A stretch of 64,000 nt of DNA. Origin: an uncultured Hyphomicrobiaceae bacterium. GTDB taxonomy: Bacteria; Pseudomonadota; Alphaproteobacteria; Rhizobiales; Rhodomicrobiaceae. Numbering within the stretch: the stretch's first letter is position 1; each line of letters begins with the position of its first letter. Shown piece by piece: positions 46,135 to 56,288 of the stretch. The translations under genes were made by a program, and so were the position numbers. The stretch spans positions 241 to 64,240 of the forward strand of contig CAYFTI010000001.1 of NCBI GenBank assembly GCA_964346065.1. The letters are read 5' to 3'. The notes under the pieces were generated by a model. The model saw only the letters and a list, made by a program, of their open reading frames with translations, was not told the DNA's origin and did no database searches.

Positions 46135-47564
46135 AACGGCTGAACCAGACATTTGTTCAGCAATGGATGGCGCTCGGGCCGCAGTTCCTGCCGTTCGCGG
46201 ATGCGGCCAGCCCGGATCTGCCGCTTGGCCGGCTGCTGCGGCTGTCTCTGTTCCAGGTCTCGGTGGGCATGGCGATCGTGCTGCTGACCGGTACGCTCAA
46301 CCGGGTGATGATCGTCGAGCTGGGCGTCCCGGCATGGCTGGTCGCGCTGATGGTGGCGATCCCGCTGGTTTTCGCGCCGCTGCGCGCATTCATCGGCTAC
46401 AAGTCGGACACGCACCGGTCATTTCTCGGCTGGCGCCGGGTCCCCTATATCTGGTTCGGCAGCCTGATGCAGTTCGGTGGGCTCGCGATCATGCCGTTCT
46501 CACTGCTAATCCTGTCGGGCGACACGACCGGCCCGCTGTGGATCGGGCTTGCTGCAGCCGCGCTTGCCTTCCTGCTTGTTGGTGCGGGCCTGCACACCAC
46601 GCAGACCGCCGGCCTGGCGCTCGCGACGGACCTCGCGACGGAAGAGACGCGTCCGCGGGTGGTCGCGCTGCTTTACGTGATGCTGCTGGTCGGGATGTTC
46701 GCCAGCGCGCTGGTCTTCGGCGCCCTGCTGTCCGACTTCACCCAGCTCAAGCTGATCCAGGCCGTCCAGGGTGCTGCCGTCGTCACGATGGTGCTCAACC
46801 TGACCGCCCTGTGGAAACAGGAAAGCCGGGATCCGGCAAAAACGGCGCATGATCGGCCGCAACCGAGCTTTGGGGAGTTGTGGCGGAGCTTCACCGAGGG
46901 CGGGCGCTCCGGACGTGTTTTTCTTGGCCTCGGCCTGGGAACCGCGGCCTTTGCCATGCAGGACGTCCTGCTGGAGCCGTATGGTGGTGAAGTGCTGGGC
47001 CTGTCCGTGGCGGCGACGACTGCGCTGACGGCGATCCTGGCAGGCGGAATGCTGGCCGGGCTGGCTTTAGCGGCGCGCTCGCTCGGGCGCGGGGCGGATC
47101 CTTTCCGGCTTGCCGCTTATGGCGCCCTTGTTGGCATCATCGCCTTCTCGTGCGTGATATTCGCCGGCCCGCTGAGTTCCGCGATCCTGTTCCAGTTCGG
47201 CACGGCTTTGATCGGTGTCGGCGGGGGCCTGTTCGCGGTTAGCACGCTGATCGCTGTCATGGACATGGCCGACAGCCACCACGGCGGGCTGGCTCTGGGC
47301 ATCTGGGGCGCGGTTCAGGCCACGGCGGCCGGCAGCGCCATCGCGCTTGGCGGCTTGACACGGGACATTGTCTCCGCCGCCGCCGCGAGCCAGGCGCTGG
47401 GCCCGGGCCTGGTCGACAGCTACATCGGCTACAGCTTCGTCTACCACGTCGAAATACTTTTTCTTTTCGCCACGCTGGCCGTCATCGGGCCGCTTGTCCG
47501 CCGGGCCAGATCCAAAACGCCGCGGCAAAAATCTCAATTCGGTCTCGCTGAATTTCCCGGATAG
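46131..47564 (+). CDS. lhaA: LH1 assembly protein LhaA (PucC family)
   Basis: 477 aa, polytopic. PucC-family protein located between bchM and puhA. ATGA overlap with bchM. Confidence 0.85.
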   Translation: MKRLNQTFVQQWMALGPQFLPFADAASPDLPLGRLLRLSLFQVSVGMAIVLLTGTLNRVMIVELGVPAWLVALMVAIPLVFAPLRAFIGYKSDTHRSFLGWRRVPYIWFGSLMQFGGLAIMPFSLLILSGDTTGPLWIGLAAAALAFLLVGAGLHTTQTAGLALATDLATEETRPRVVALLYVMLLVGMFASALVFGALLSDFTQLKLIQAVQGAAVVTMVLNLTALWKQESRDPAKTAHDRPQPSFGELWRSFTEGGRSGRVFLGLGLGTAAFAMQDVLLEPYGGEVLGLSVAATTALTAILAGGMLAGLALAARSLGRGADPFRLAAYGALVGIIAFSCVIFAGPLSSAILFQFGTALIGVGGGLFAVSTLIAVMDMADSHHGGLALGIWGAVQATAAGSAIALGGLTRDIVSAAAASQALGPGLVDSYIGYSFVYHVEILFLFATLAVIGPLVRRARSKTPRQKSQFGLAEFPG

Positions 47565-47588
47565 CGAGCTTACTACGGAGGCAGTGTC

Positions 47589-48431
47589 ATGGACGTTATC
47601 GGAGACATTACAAGCCACATAGACGTGGCCCAGGTTGTGCTCTACGCATTCTGGATATTCTTCGCAGGCCTGATTTTTTATCTGCGCCGCGAAGACCGGC
47701 GCGAAGGGTATCCGCTGGAATCCGAGGTGACCGGCAAGTCAGATACGCGAATCGGCGGACTCTGGGTACCGGAGCCGAAAGTCTACCTGCTGGCCAATGG
47801 CGAAACCACCATGCTGCCGAGCGAGCGCCGCGACCCCGCGCCGAAGAACCTGGAGCCGGTCGAAGCGTGGTCGGGCGCACCGTTCGAGCCCACCGGCAAC
47901 CCGATGCTGGATGGAGTCGGGCCGGCATCATACGTGCATCGCGCCGACGTGCCCGATATGATGGAAGATGGGTCCGCAACGATCGTGCCGATGCGGGTGG
48001 CCACGGACTTTTCCATTGCCCGGGGCGACGCCGATCCACGCGGGATGGAGGTTGTCGGCGCTGACCGGGAAGTCGCCGGTACAGTGAAGGATGTCTGGGT
48101 GGACCGCGCCGAACAGATCATCCGCTACCTCGAAATCGAGGTCCCCGCGGGCTCACAGCCCGCCACTCAGCCCCAGGAGGAGGAAGGCGAACAGCCAGGC
48201 GGCCCCGCGTCGGTTACGGTCCTGGCTCCCATGACAATGTGCGAGATCAAGGGCGGTGGCATGAAGCCGCGCTTCGTAAAGATCAACGCCCTGCTCGCCC
48301 ACCACTTCGCGGATGTGCCGAAGACGCAGCACCCCGACCAGGTAACGCTGCTCGAGGAAGACAAGATTGTTGGATATTACGGCGGTGGCACACTGTATGC
48401 CAAGCCGTCGCGTTTGGAGCCGATGCTATGA
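47589..48431 (+). CDS. puhA: photosynthetic reaction centre H subunit
   Basis: 280 aa. Single N-terminal TM segment (VVLYAFWIFFAGLIFYLRREDRREGYPLES) followed by a PRC-barrel-like region. Confidence 0.9.
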   Translation: MDVIGDITSHIDVAQVVLYAFWIFFAGLIFYLRREDRREGYPLESEVTGKSDTRIGGLWVPEPKVYLLANGETTMLPSERRDPAPKNLEPVEAWSGAPFEPTGNPMLDGVGPASYVHRADVPDMMEDGSATIVPMRVATDFSIARGDADPRGMEVVGADREVAGTVKDVWVDRAEQIIRYLEIEVPAGSQPATQPQEEEGEQPGGPASVTVLAPMTMCEIKGGGMKPRFVKINALLAHHFADVPKTQHPDQVTLLEEDKIVGYYGGGTLYAKPSRLEPML

Positions 48432-49123
48432 GCAAGTATCAGAACAACCATGTTCGTGGGTTGCCCGGAGAATTGCCGAAGGACGAGCGCGTCCTCTGGC
48501 AAGGGTCGCCGGATTGGCGAGAGTTCGCGGTACGGGTGTTTCACACGCGCTTCGTCGCAGCCTACTTCGGTATCCTGATCGCGTGGAGCGTATTCTCTGC
48601 GCTCTGGGAAGGCGGCACGCTTGTCGCGATGGTGACGTCGGCGGCATGGCTGAGCCTGGGAGGAGGGCTGGCGCTCGGCGTCCTCGGCGGGCTGGCGTGG
48701 CTGTTCGCGCGCACAACCGTCTATACGCTGACCAACAAGCGCATCGCCATGCGCTACGGCGTTGCCCTGCCGATGACGATCAACATTCCGCTGCGCTGTG
48801 TGGACTCGGCGGGCTTGCGCGTCTATCCGAAGGGGACCGGTGACATCCCGTTCCAGCTCATGGGGCCGGACAGGTTCGCCTATCTGCATCTCTGGCCGAA
48901 CGCGCGCCCGTGGCGGTACTCCAGGGCCGAACCGATGATCCGCGCCATTCCGGAGGTTGAATATGCTGCCTCGGTGATCGCACGGGCATTGGCTTCGGCC
49001 CACGAAGCCGAGGAGATCGCGGCATCAGCGCCGGCGGTCAAACAGGTGCGCAGCGGTGCGAAAGCCAAGAAGAGCGCGAAGGCGGCGGATACCGCGGACC
49101 GCCCGCTCGCTGCCGCCGAGTAA
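48428..49123 (+). CDS. puhB: photosynthetic complex assembly protein PuhB
   Basis: Track ORF 48239..49123. The ATG at 48428 overlaps the puhA stop (ATGA). ERVLWQGSPDW motif and two TM segments. Confidence 0.8.
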   Translation: MSKYQNNHVRGLPGELPKDERVLWQGSPDWREFAVRVFHTRFVAAYFGILIAWSVFSALWEGGTLVAMVTSAAWLSLGGGLALGVLGGLAWLFARTTVYTLTNKRIAMRYGVALPMTINIPLRCVDSAGLRVYPKGTGDIPFQLMGPDRFAYLHLWPNARPWRYSRAEPMIRAIPEVEYAASVIARALASAHEAEEIAASAPAVKQVRSGAKAKKSAKAADTADRPLAAAE

Positions 49124-49138
49124 AGGAAAATCCCAACG

Positions 49139-49612
49139 ATGTCCGTTAGTCCGATGAGCGATAAACCGAACCCCACAGGCGTCCCCCGGGCCGCGTTGCT
49201 CGGTCTTCTGGCGCTGATCGGCTTTGCCGTGGTCGCCGTCATGACAGGCCGGTTCGGAGATGTGGGCCGGGTCAGCATGGCGCCGAGCACCGAAGTCGAC
49301 CGCGTGAGCCTGCGCTTTGCGGACCGGCAAGACGGTGCTGTCGAGGTCTTTCACGGGCAAACCGGCGAGCTTGTCGCGACGGTCGAGCCGGGAAAGGGCG
49401 GTTTCATCCGCGGCGTCCTTCGCGGGCTGACCCGCGAGCGCAAGCTCAGCGGCGATACGTCGCGCGCACCGTTTCTCCTGCGGCGCTGGGCCGATGGACG
49501 TCTGACACTGGAGGATCCGAAGACCGGAAGGGTTATTGATCTCGGGGCATTTGGCGTGACAAACGCCGGGGCGTTTGCAAAATTGATGGCGTCTTCACAG
49601 ACCACACAGTGA
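49139..49612 (+). CDS. puhC: photosynthetic complex assembly protein PuhC
   Basis: 157 aa. One N-terminal TM segment. Assigned by position after puhB and by family resemblance. Confidence 0.75.
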   Translation: MSVSPMSDKPNPTGVPRAALLGLLALIGFAVVAVMTGRFGDVGRVSMAPSTEVDRVSLRFADRQDGAVEVFHGQTGELVATVEPGKGGFIRGVLRGLTRERKLSGDTSRAPFLLRRWADGRLTLEDPKTGRVIDLGAFGVTNAGAFAKLMASSQTTQ

Positions 49613-49956
49613 TGGATGTCAAGATGACGACACACATGCACCAAACCCCGCTGCCTCAGACAGGCTGGCTCACGCGCAAGAGTTTCGAGTTGCCCTGCAC
49701 GGTTCGGGTGGACCACAAGTTCGAGAGCCTTCACGCGGAGGTGGATTTCGGCCAGGTCGTCGATATTCACCCCGGCGACGAGGTGATCGTTCATGGCAAG
49801 CCGATCTTCGTGCCCTACGGTCAGACGCACGAAGAGGAACGCCAGGCCACTGTGGTCCGGGCCACTTGGCCGGAACGGCTCTGGACCCGCTTGACGGGCG
49901 ACTTCGAATTCATGGAACTGTGCGAGTTCAGCTTCTCGGAAGAGAGGAGACTTTAG
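49609..49956 (+). CDS. conserved hypothetical protein of the puh operon (orf115)
   Basis: 115 aa, no TM segment. GTGA overlap with puhC and 3 nt before acsF. As far as I recall, a hypothetical ORF occupies this slot in several PGCs. Confidence 0.55.
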   Translation: MMDVKMTTHMHQTPLPQTGWLTRKSFELPCTVRVDHKFESLHAEVDFGQVVDIHPGDEVIVHGKPIFVPYGQTHEEERQATVVRATWPERLWTRLTGDFEFMELCEFSFSEERRL

Positions 49957-49959
49957 AAG

Positions 49960-51030
49960 ATGTCTGTTGCCGAGGAAACGCCCTACGTCCCCAACGAGAC
50001 GACGCAGACAGCGCACCAGAGCACGGTGCTCAGCCCGCGCTTTTACACCACGGACTTCGACAAGCTCGACGCGACCGACGTCAGCAATGTCCGAGGCGAA
50101 TGGGACGAACTGATCGCGGAGATGCGCTCCGACCCGAACAAGAACCACTTCGTGCGCGGCGAGGAGTGGGATCAGATCGACCTGAATACCCTGCCAGAGG
50201 ACCTGCGCAAGGAATTCACCGACTTCCTCGTCAGTTCGCTGACGGCCGAGTTCTCCGGCTGCGTGCTCTATGCCGAGATGAAAAAGCGCGGCACCAACAA
50301 GGATGTCTGCGAGCTGTTCAAGTACATGAGCCGCGACGAAGCCCGCCATGCCGGCTTCATCAATGACGCGCTGAAGGACTTCGACATCGGCGTCGATCTC
50401 GGCTTCCTGACGAAGTCGAAGAAGTACACCTTCTTCCAGCCGAAATTCATCTTCTACGCCACGTATCTGTCCGAGAAGATCGGCTATGCGCGTTACATCA
50501 CCATCTATCGCCACCTCGAGCGCAATCCGGACAAGCGGTTTCACCCGATCTTCAAATGGTTCGAGAAATGGTGCAACGACGAGTTCCGCCACGGCGAGGC
50601 GTTTGCATTGATGATGCGCGCGAACCCGCACGTGCTCACCGGCTTGAACAAGTACTGGGTGAAGTTCTTCATACTCGCGGTCTACGCGACGATGTATGTC
50701 CGCGACCATGCCCGGCCGGCGTTCCACCGCGCGCTCGACGTGGACCCGACCGAATATGACTATCAGGTCTTCAACATTACCTCGGAAATCTCGAAACAGG
50801 TGTTCCCGCTCACCGTGGACAGTGACCACCCGGCGTTCCGGGCATCGCTGGAGCGGTTGCGCAAAATCTCCGACGGCATGTCAGCGGCAAAAGAACGCGG
50901 CGGCATCATCGGCCGGATCAAGTGGCTTACATATAGCGCGGGCGCGGCCTTGTCGTTCGCGCGGCTTTACCTGATCCCGGCAAAGGGCAACGAATTGCCG
51001 GCGCAAAGCCGCCTGGTGCCGACCTGGTAG
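49960..51030 (+). CDS. acsF: aerobic Mg-protoporphyrin IX monomethyl ester oxidative cyclase AcsF
   Basis: 356 aa. Di-iron motifs [20 protein letters not shown] and [10 protein letters not shown]. Confidence 0.95.
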   Translation: MSVAEETPYVPNETTQTAHQSTVLSPRFYTTDFDKLDATDVSNVRGEWDELIAEMRSDPNKNHFVRGEEWDQIDLNTLPEDLRKEFTDFLVSSLTAEFSGCVLYAEMKKRGTNKDVCELFKYMSRDEARHAGFINDALKDFDIGVDLGFLTKSKKYTFFQPKFIFYATYLSEKIGYARYITIYRHLERNPDKRFHPIFKWFEKWCNDEFRHGEAFALMMRANPHVLTGLNKYWVKFFILAVYATMYVRDHARPAFHRALDVDPTEYDYQVFNITSEISKQVFPLTVDSDHPAFRASLERLRKISDGMSAAKERGGIIGRIKWLTYSAGAALSFARLYLIPAKGNELPAQSRLVPTW

Positions 51031-51042
51031 GACGAAACCGCG

Positions 51043-52026
51043 ATGTACGAGCACGGTCTGGCGATCCTTTATGCTCTGTTTATCTGGTGGTTCAGCACCG
51101 GCCTCATCCTGTATCTGGATGGGCTGCCGCGGCGGACCTTCAGCTGGAGCATGATCGTCATGACCGTGATCGCGGCAGGCGCGCTGTATGGCCTGGCGGC
51201 GGTGAGCAATGAGGCGTCGCTTGCTGGCGCCTACCTGTCCTTCACCTTCGGATTGCTTGTCTGGGCCTGGCACGAGCTGAGCTTCCTCACCGGCCATCTC
51301 ACCGGCCCGCGCCGGACCCCGTGCCCGGAAGCACCGACCTTCTGGACCCGCTTTCGCTACGCCAGCGAGACGGTCATCCATCATGAACTCGCGATCGCGG
51401 CCACGGCGGGCCTGATGGCCGCGCTGACCTGGGGCGGCAGCAACCAGATCGGGCTGTGGACTTTTGTCATCTTGTGGCTGATGCGGCTCAGCGCGAAACT
51501 CAATATATTTCTTGGGGTTGCGAACCTGGCAGAGGAATTCTTGCCGCCGCATCTGCGTTATCTGGAGAGCTATTTCCGCCGCCGGCCGCTCAACCTGCTT
51601 TTCCCGGTTTCGGTGACGGTCGCAACGGTCGTGACCGTGCTCATCCTGGAGCGCGGGCTTTCTGAGGGCGTGCCGGCTGGCGAGGCGGCGGGCGCGGTTT
51701 TCCTTGGAACGCTGTTGGCCCTTGCGGTGTTGGAGCACTGGTTCCTGGTTCTGCCGATCCCGGCAACCGCGCTATGGCAATGGGCGCTGAACGCGCGGCG
51801 CGCGCGCACGCGCGCGACCAGCTTCGGCGGACAGGAGCGGCGCGATCTCTTTCAGGTCTCACCGGTTTCTACCGGTTCGTCGAATCCGGTCAGCAACGAC
51901 AATGACGCGGCCGGTATTTCGTGGGGCAAGCACAGGCCCATGCGTCGAGCACAGCTACGGGATGTGCCCAGTAACAAACCACAAACCTTTCCTGGGCGCG
52001 GGTCTGCCCCGGGGTCGCTGGACTGA
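51043..52026 (+). CDS. puhE: photosynthetic complex assembly protein PuhE (with a low-complexity C-terminal tail)
   Basis: 327 aa, polytopic. Position between acsF and hemA. The last 75 aa or so are hydrophilic and poorly coding-like. Confidence 0.8.
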   Translation: MYEHGLAILYALFIWWFSTGLILYLDGLPRRTFSWSMIVMTVIAAGALYGLAAVSNEASLAGAYLSFTFGLLVWAWHELSFLTGHLTGPRRTPCPEAPTFWTRFRYASETVIHHELAIAATAGLMAALTWGGSNQIGLWTFVILWLMRLSAKLNIFLGVANLAEEFLPPHLRYLESYFRRRPLNLLFPVSVTVATVVTVLILERGLSEGVPAGEAAGAVFLGTLLALAVLEHWFLVLPIPATALWQWALNARRARTRATSFGGQERRDLFQVSPVSTGSSNPVSNDNDAAGISWGKHRPMRRAQLRDVPSNKPQTFPGRGSAPGSLD

Positions 52027-52040
52027 AGTGGAGCAGAGCG

Positions 52041-53255
52041 ATGGATTATAACGGGTTTTTCCGCGACCGGCTGCAGGATCTCCGTGACGAGGGGAATTAC
52101 CGGATCTTTGCCGAACTGGAACGACGCGCCGGAGAGTTTCCGCGCGCCAAGCAGCATCGCGAGGACGGTCAGGCCGATGTGACCGTCTGGTGCTCGAACG
52201 ACTATCTCGGCATGGGCCAGAATCCGGTGGTGCTCGAAGCCATGCACGAGGCGCTGGACAAGTGTGGCGCGGGTGCCGGCGGCACACGCAACATTTCCGG
52301 CACGAACCATTATCATGTGCTGCTCGAGCGTGAATTGGCCGACCTCCACGCCAAGGAAGCCGCGCTCCTGTTCACCTCCGGTTATGTTTCGAACTGGGCC
52401 GCGCTTAGCACCCTCGCATCGCGCATACCGGGCTGCGTCGTGTTCTCCGATGAAGGCAATCATGCCTCGATGATCGAGGGCATTCGCCACTCGCGCGCCG
52501 AAAAGCGCATCTGGAAGCACAACGACCCGTCCGACCTGGAACGCCAACTCAGCGAGTACCCGAAGGAGACGCCGAAGCTGGTTGCCTTCGAGTCCGTGTA
52601 TTCGATGGACGGCGACATTGCCCCGATCGCGGAAATCTGCGATGTCGCCGAGCGGCACGGCGCCATGACGTATCTCGACGAGGTGCATGCGGTCGGTCTG
52701 TATGGCCCGCGCGGCGGCGGCATTGCCGAACGCGAGGGATTGATGGACCGGCTCACGGTTATCGAGGGTACGCTGGGCAAGGCCTTCGGCGTGGTCGGCG
52801 GCTACATCACCGGAACCAAGGAACTCTGCGACTTCGTGCGCAGCTTTGCCTCGGGCTTCATTTTCACGACCGCCCTGCCCCCGGCCGTTGCCGCCGGCGC
52901 GATCGCCAGTATCCGCCATCTGAAGCAGAGCCAGATGGAGCGCGAGCGGCATCAGCGTGTTGTCGCCTCGGTCCGCCGCAGGCTTGAGGCGATCGGTATC
53001 CCTTATCTGCCAAACCCCAGTCATATCGTTCCCGTCATGGTGAAGGATCCGGTCAAGTGCCGGTGGATCAGCGACTGGCTGATGGACTATCGCGGGATCT
53101 ATGTGCAGCCGATCAACTATCCGACGGTGCCCAAGGGCACGGAACGCTTGCGCATCACCCCCTCGCCGATCCATACGGAAGCGGATATCGACAAGCTGGT
53201 GGGCGCGCTCAACGAGTTGTGGTCCGAGTGCGCTCTGGCACGCCAGGTGGCCTAG
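52041..53255 (+). CDS. hemA: 5-aminolevulinate synthase
   Basis: 404 aa. [24 protein letters not shown]-terminus. PLP-Lys region (TLGKAFG). Confidence 0.95.
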   Translation: MDYNGFFRDRLQDLRDEGNYRIFAELERRAGEFPRAKQHREDGQADVTVWCSNDYLGMGQNPVVLEAMHEALDKCGAGAGGTRNISGTNHYHVLLERELADLHAKEAALLFTSGYVSNWAALSTLASRIPGCVVFSDEGNHASMIEGIRHSRAEKRIWKHNDPSDLERQLSEYPKETPKLVAFESVYSMDGDIAPIAEICDVAERHGAMTYLDEVHAVGLYGPRGGGIAEREGLMDRLTVIEGTLGKAFGVVGGYITGTKELCDFVRSFASGFIFTTALPPAVAAGAIASIRHLKQSQMERERHQRVVASVRRRLEAIGIPYLPNPSHIVPVMVKDPVKCRWISDWLMDYRGIYVQPINYPTVPKGTERLRITPSPIHTEADIDKLVGALNELWSECALARQVA

Positions 53256-53274
53256 ACCGGTCTGACGCTCGGTC

Positions 53275-53301
53275 GGCGCGCCGCCTTTATACCGGCGCGC
53301 C
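53275..53301 (+). other. GC-rich stem-loop (9-bp stem GGCGCGCCG / CGGCGCGCC, 9-nt loop) between hemA and bchI
   Basis: Read directly. A T5 run follows only about 15 nt later, so this is not a canonical intrinsic terminator. It may be an attenuator or an mRNA-stability element. Confidence 0.4.
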
Positions 53302-53338
53302 CGCCCGGATCCGCATTTTTGAGGAGAGACGCTGCTTG

Positions 53339-54403
53339 ATGGCTGCGCCCTACCCGTTCTCAGCGATCGTCGGCCAAGACGAGATGAAGCTGGCCATATT
53401 GATCGCCGCGATCGATCCGTCCGTGGGCGGCGTGCTGGCCTTCGGCGAGCGCGGCACCGGCAAGTCCACCGCCGTGCGCGCGCTGGCTGCTCTGCTGCCC
53501 GATATCGAGGCGGTCGAGGGCTGCCCCTATCACTGTGATCCGACCAGCCCATGTGGCCTGAGCGACGCTTGTGCCGAGGCGGCAAGTTCCGGAACGCCTC
53601 CGTCCTGCCGCACGATCCCGGTGCCCGTGGTCGATCTACCGCTGGGCGCAACCGAGGACCGCATCGTCGGCGCGCTTGATCTGGAACGCGCCCTCACCCG
53701 GGGCGAGAAGGCTTTCGAACCCGGTTTGCTCGCCCAGGCGAACCGGGGCTTCCTCTACATCGACGAGGCAAACCTGCTGGAAGATCACCTTGTCGACCTG
53801 CTGCTCGACGTGGCCGCCACGGGCCAGAACATCGTCGAGCGCGAGGGCTTGAGCATACGCCACCCCGCCAGGTTCGTTCTTGTCGGCAGCGGCAACCCGG
53901 AGGAAGGGGAACTGCGCCCTCAGCTTCTGGATCGCTTCGGCTTGTTCGTGGAAGTCTCCGCGCCGCGCGATCTCGACGAACGTGTTCAGGTTATCCGCCG
54001 CCGCGACGAATTTGAACGCGACCCCGCGGCTTTCATCGCGGCGTGGCAACCGGAAGAGGACAGCCTTCGCACCTCGATCATCACGGCCAAGCAGAACCTC
54101 CATGACGTCGATGTGCCCGACGAGGTGGTGGCGCGCGCGGCCGAACTTTGCGTGAGCCTTGGCACGGACGGTTTGCGCGGCGAACTCACGCTCATCCGCT
54201 CGGCGCGCGCACTCGCGGCGCTGGAAAGCGAGCCCGCCGCCACTCAGGATCATCTGCGCCGGGTCGCCCCGGCCGCGCTGCGTCATCGCCTGCGCCGAGA
54301 TCCGCTGGATGAAGCAGGCTCCGGCGTGCGGGTGGACCGCGCGATCAGCGAAATCTTCGGCGAGGAAACGGGCCGGGACGCGGTCCGAACAGCGGCACAG
54401 TGA
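53339..54403 (+). CDS. bchI: magnesium chelatase ATPase subunit I
   Basis: Track ORF 53057..54403. ATG at 53339 (MAAPYPFSAIVGQDEMK). AAA+ Walker A GERGTGKST. Confidence 0.95.
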   Translation: MAAPYPFSAIVGQDEMKLAILIAAIDPSVGGVLAFGERGTGKSTAVRALAALLPDIEAVEGCPYHCDPTSPCGLSDACAEAASSGTPPSCRTIPVPVVDLPLGATEDRIVGALDLERALTRGEKAFEPGLLAQANRGFLYIDEANLLEDHLVDLLLDVAATGQNIVEREGLSIRHPARFVLVGSGNPEEGELRPQLLDRFGLFVEVSAPRDLDERVQVIRRRDEFERDPAAFIAAWQPEEDSLRTSIITAKQNLHDVDVPDEVVARAAELCVSLGTDGLRGELTLIRSARALAALESEPAATQDHLRRVAPAALRHRLRRDPLDEAGSGVRVDRAISEIFGEETGRDAVRTAAQ

Positions 54404-56256
54404 GCGGGCTGGACGGACCCGGGCTGGAACACGGTGCGCACTGGCGCGGCGACATGCTCGTGCCCGAACCCGACACGGCGCAAGCCGCGCCGCCGGCTGC
54501 AAACGCCGGCCTTTCCCCTTGGCAGGCTGCACTGTTGTCGGCCGCTCTGTTCACGGTGGACCCCGTCGCGCTCGGCGGCCTCACCGTTCGTGCTCATGCC
54601 GGACCGGTGCGCGATGCATGGCAGGCGTATCTCGAGGCACTCTGGCCGGAGACCGCACCGCGCCGCCGGGCGCCCGCGAACATCGCCGATGACCGGCTCA
54701 TCGGTGGTCTTGACATAGCCGCCACCCTGCACGCCGGCCGGCCCGTCGCGGACAAGGGGCTTCTCGCCGAAGCCGATGGCGGCTTCATCCTTCTGGCGAT
54801 GGCCGAGCGCGTTCCCCTTTCCACGGCGGCGCGCATCACGGCGGCGATGGACCGCGGCGCCGCGGTCCTACAACGCGATGGCCTCTCGATCACCATGCCG
54901 ACCCGCTTCGGGGTCATCGCGTTTGATGAAAGCATCGGGGACGATGAAGCGCCGCCGGGCGGGCTGACCGACCGCATGGCCTTCGCACTCGACTTGAGCG
55001 CCGTTTCCTGGAGCCAGGCCTCGCAGCAGGTCGGGGCGCCGAGCGCGGAGAAGGTCGCCGCGGCCCGCGCGTTGCTGCCGGGCGTATTCACCAGCAACGA
55101 AATCGTCAGGCGGCTTTGCACGGTATCGAGCGATCTGGGCATTGCCACTGCCCGCGCGCCGTTCTTCGCGGTCAGGGCCGCGCGCGCCGCCGCTGCTCTC
55201 GAGGGGCGCGATGAAGTCAAGGAGGCTGACGCGATCGTTGCGGCCCGGCTCGTGCTTGCCCACCGGGCGCATCAGCTTCCGGCGCCGCCGCCGACCGAAG
55301 AAGAAAGCCAGGACCCACCACCCGACCCCCCCGAGCCGTCCGACTCGCAGGAGGATACCGATCAGACCGACGCCGAAGCGCCCCTGCCGGAAGATATCCT
55401 GCTGGCTGCTGCGAAGTCGGCGATCCCCGAAGGATTGCTGGATCGGTTGCGCGCGCCCAACATTCGCGGAAACACGGGTGCGGCAGGCCATTCCGGGGCT
55501 CTAGCCAACGCGAAGCAGCGCGGGCGACCGATCGGTGTGCGCGCGCAGGCGCCGCGTTCCGGCGCGCGGCTCAATGTTGTCGAGACCTTGCGCGCCGCCG
55601 CCCCCTGGCAGCGCCTTCGCCAGTCCACCACCACGGTCGCGGACCGCCGCGTCATCATCCGCCCGGAAGACTTTCGCACAACGCGCTTCAAGCAGCGCAG
55701 CGAGACCATGACGGTTTTCATCGTCGATGCCTCGGGCTCGACCGCCCTGACCCGGCTGGCTGAGGCGAAGGGCGCAGTCGAACTCCTGCTGGCCGACTGC
55801 TATGTGCGCCGCGACCAGGTCGCGTTGATCGGCTTTCGCGGTCGGGCCGCGGAACTGCTCCTGCCGCCCACCCGCTCGCTGACCCGCGCAAAGCGCAGCC
55901 TTGCCGGATTACCCGGCGGAGGCGGCACGCCGCTTGCATCCGGACTGAACGAAGGGCTAAAACTGGCGCATAGCGCAAAGCGCAAGGGACAGACGCCGAT
56001 CCTCGTGGTGCTCACAGACGGGCGCGCGAACGTCGGGCTCGATGGCAGCGGCGGCCGTGATCGCGCCAGGGAAGACGCGCTCTCTGTCGCACGGATGATC
56101 CAGAGCGAGGCGTTGATGAGTATCGTAATTGATACTTCGCCGCGCGCCCAGAAACCGGCGCAGCGCCTGGCCGACGCCCTGAAGGCGCAATATGTGCCGC
56201 TGCCGTTTGCGAATGCGGCGTCACTCTCGCAGGCTGTGCGCGCTGTCTCCGCCTGA
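54400..56256 (+). CDS. bchD: magnesium chelatase subunit D
   Basis: 618 aa. GTG start overlapping the bchI stop (GTGA). Acidic Pro-rich linker (PPPTEEESQDPPPDPPEPSDSQED). C-terminal vWA domain (VFIVDASGS). Confidence 0.9.
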   Translation: MSGLDGPGLEHGAHWRGDMLVPEPDTAQAAPPAANAGLSPWQAALLSAALFTVDPVALGGLTVRAHAGPVRDAWQAYLEALWPETAPRRRAPANIADDRLIGGLDIAATLHAGRPVADKGLLAEADGGFILLAMAERVPLSTAARITAAMDRGAAVLQRDGLSITMPTRFGVIAFDESIGDDEAPPGGLTDRMAFALDLSAVSWSQASQQVGAPSAEKVAAARALLPGVFTSNEIVRRLCTVSSDLGIATARAPFFAVRAARAAAALEGRDEVKEADAIVAARLVLAHRAHQLPAPPPTEEESQDPPPDPPEPSDSQEDTDQTDAEAPLPEDILLAAAKSAIPEGLLDRLRAPNIRGNTGAAGHSGALANAKQRGRPIGVRAQAPRSGARLNVVETLRAAAPWQRLRQSTTTVADRRVIIRPEDFRTTRFKQRSETMTVFIVDASGSTALTRLAEAKGAVELLLADCYVRRDQVALIGFRGRAAELLLPPTRSLTRAKRSLAGLPGGGGTPLASGLNEGLKLAHSAKRKGQTPILVVLTDGRANVGLDGSGGRDRAREDALSVARMIQSEALMSIVIDTSPRAQKPAQRLADALKAQYVPLPFANAASLSQAVRAVSA

Positions 56257-56288
56257 AGGCCGCGCGGCAAACCAGAATTGGGGCGCGT

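Noticed and set aside
51902-52051. Roughly 49-aa alternative-frame ORF spanning the puhE tail and the hemA start
   Set aside because: No SD, weak third-position GC bias, and it overlaps the hemA start.
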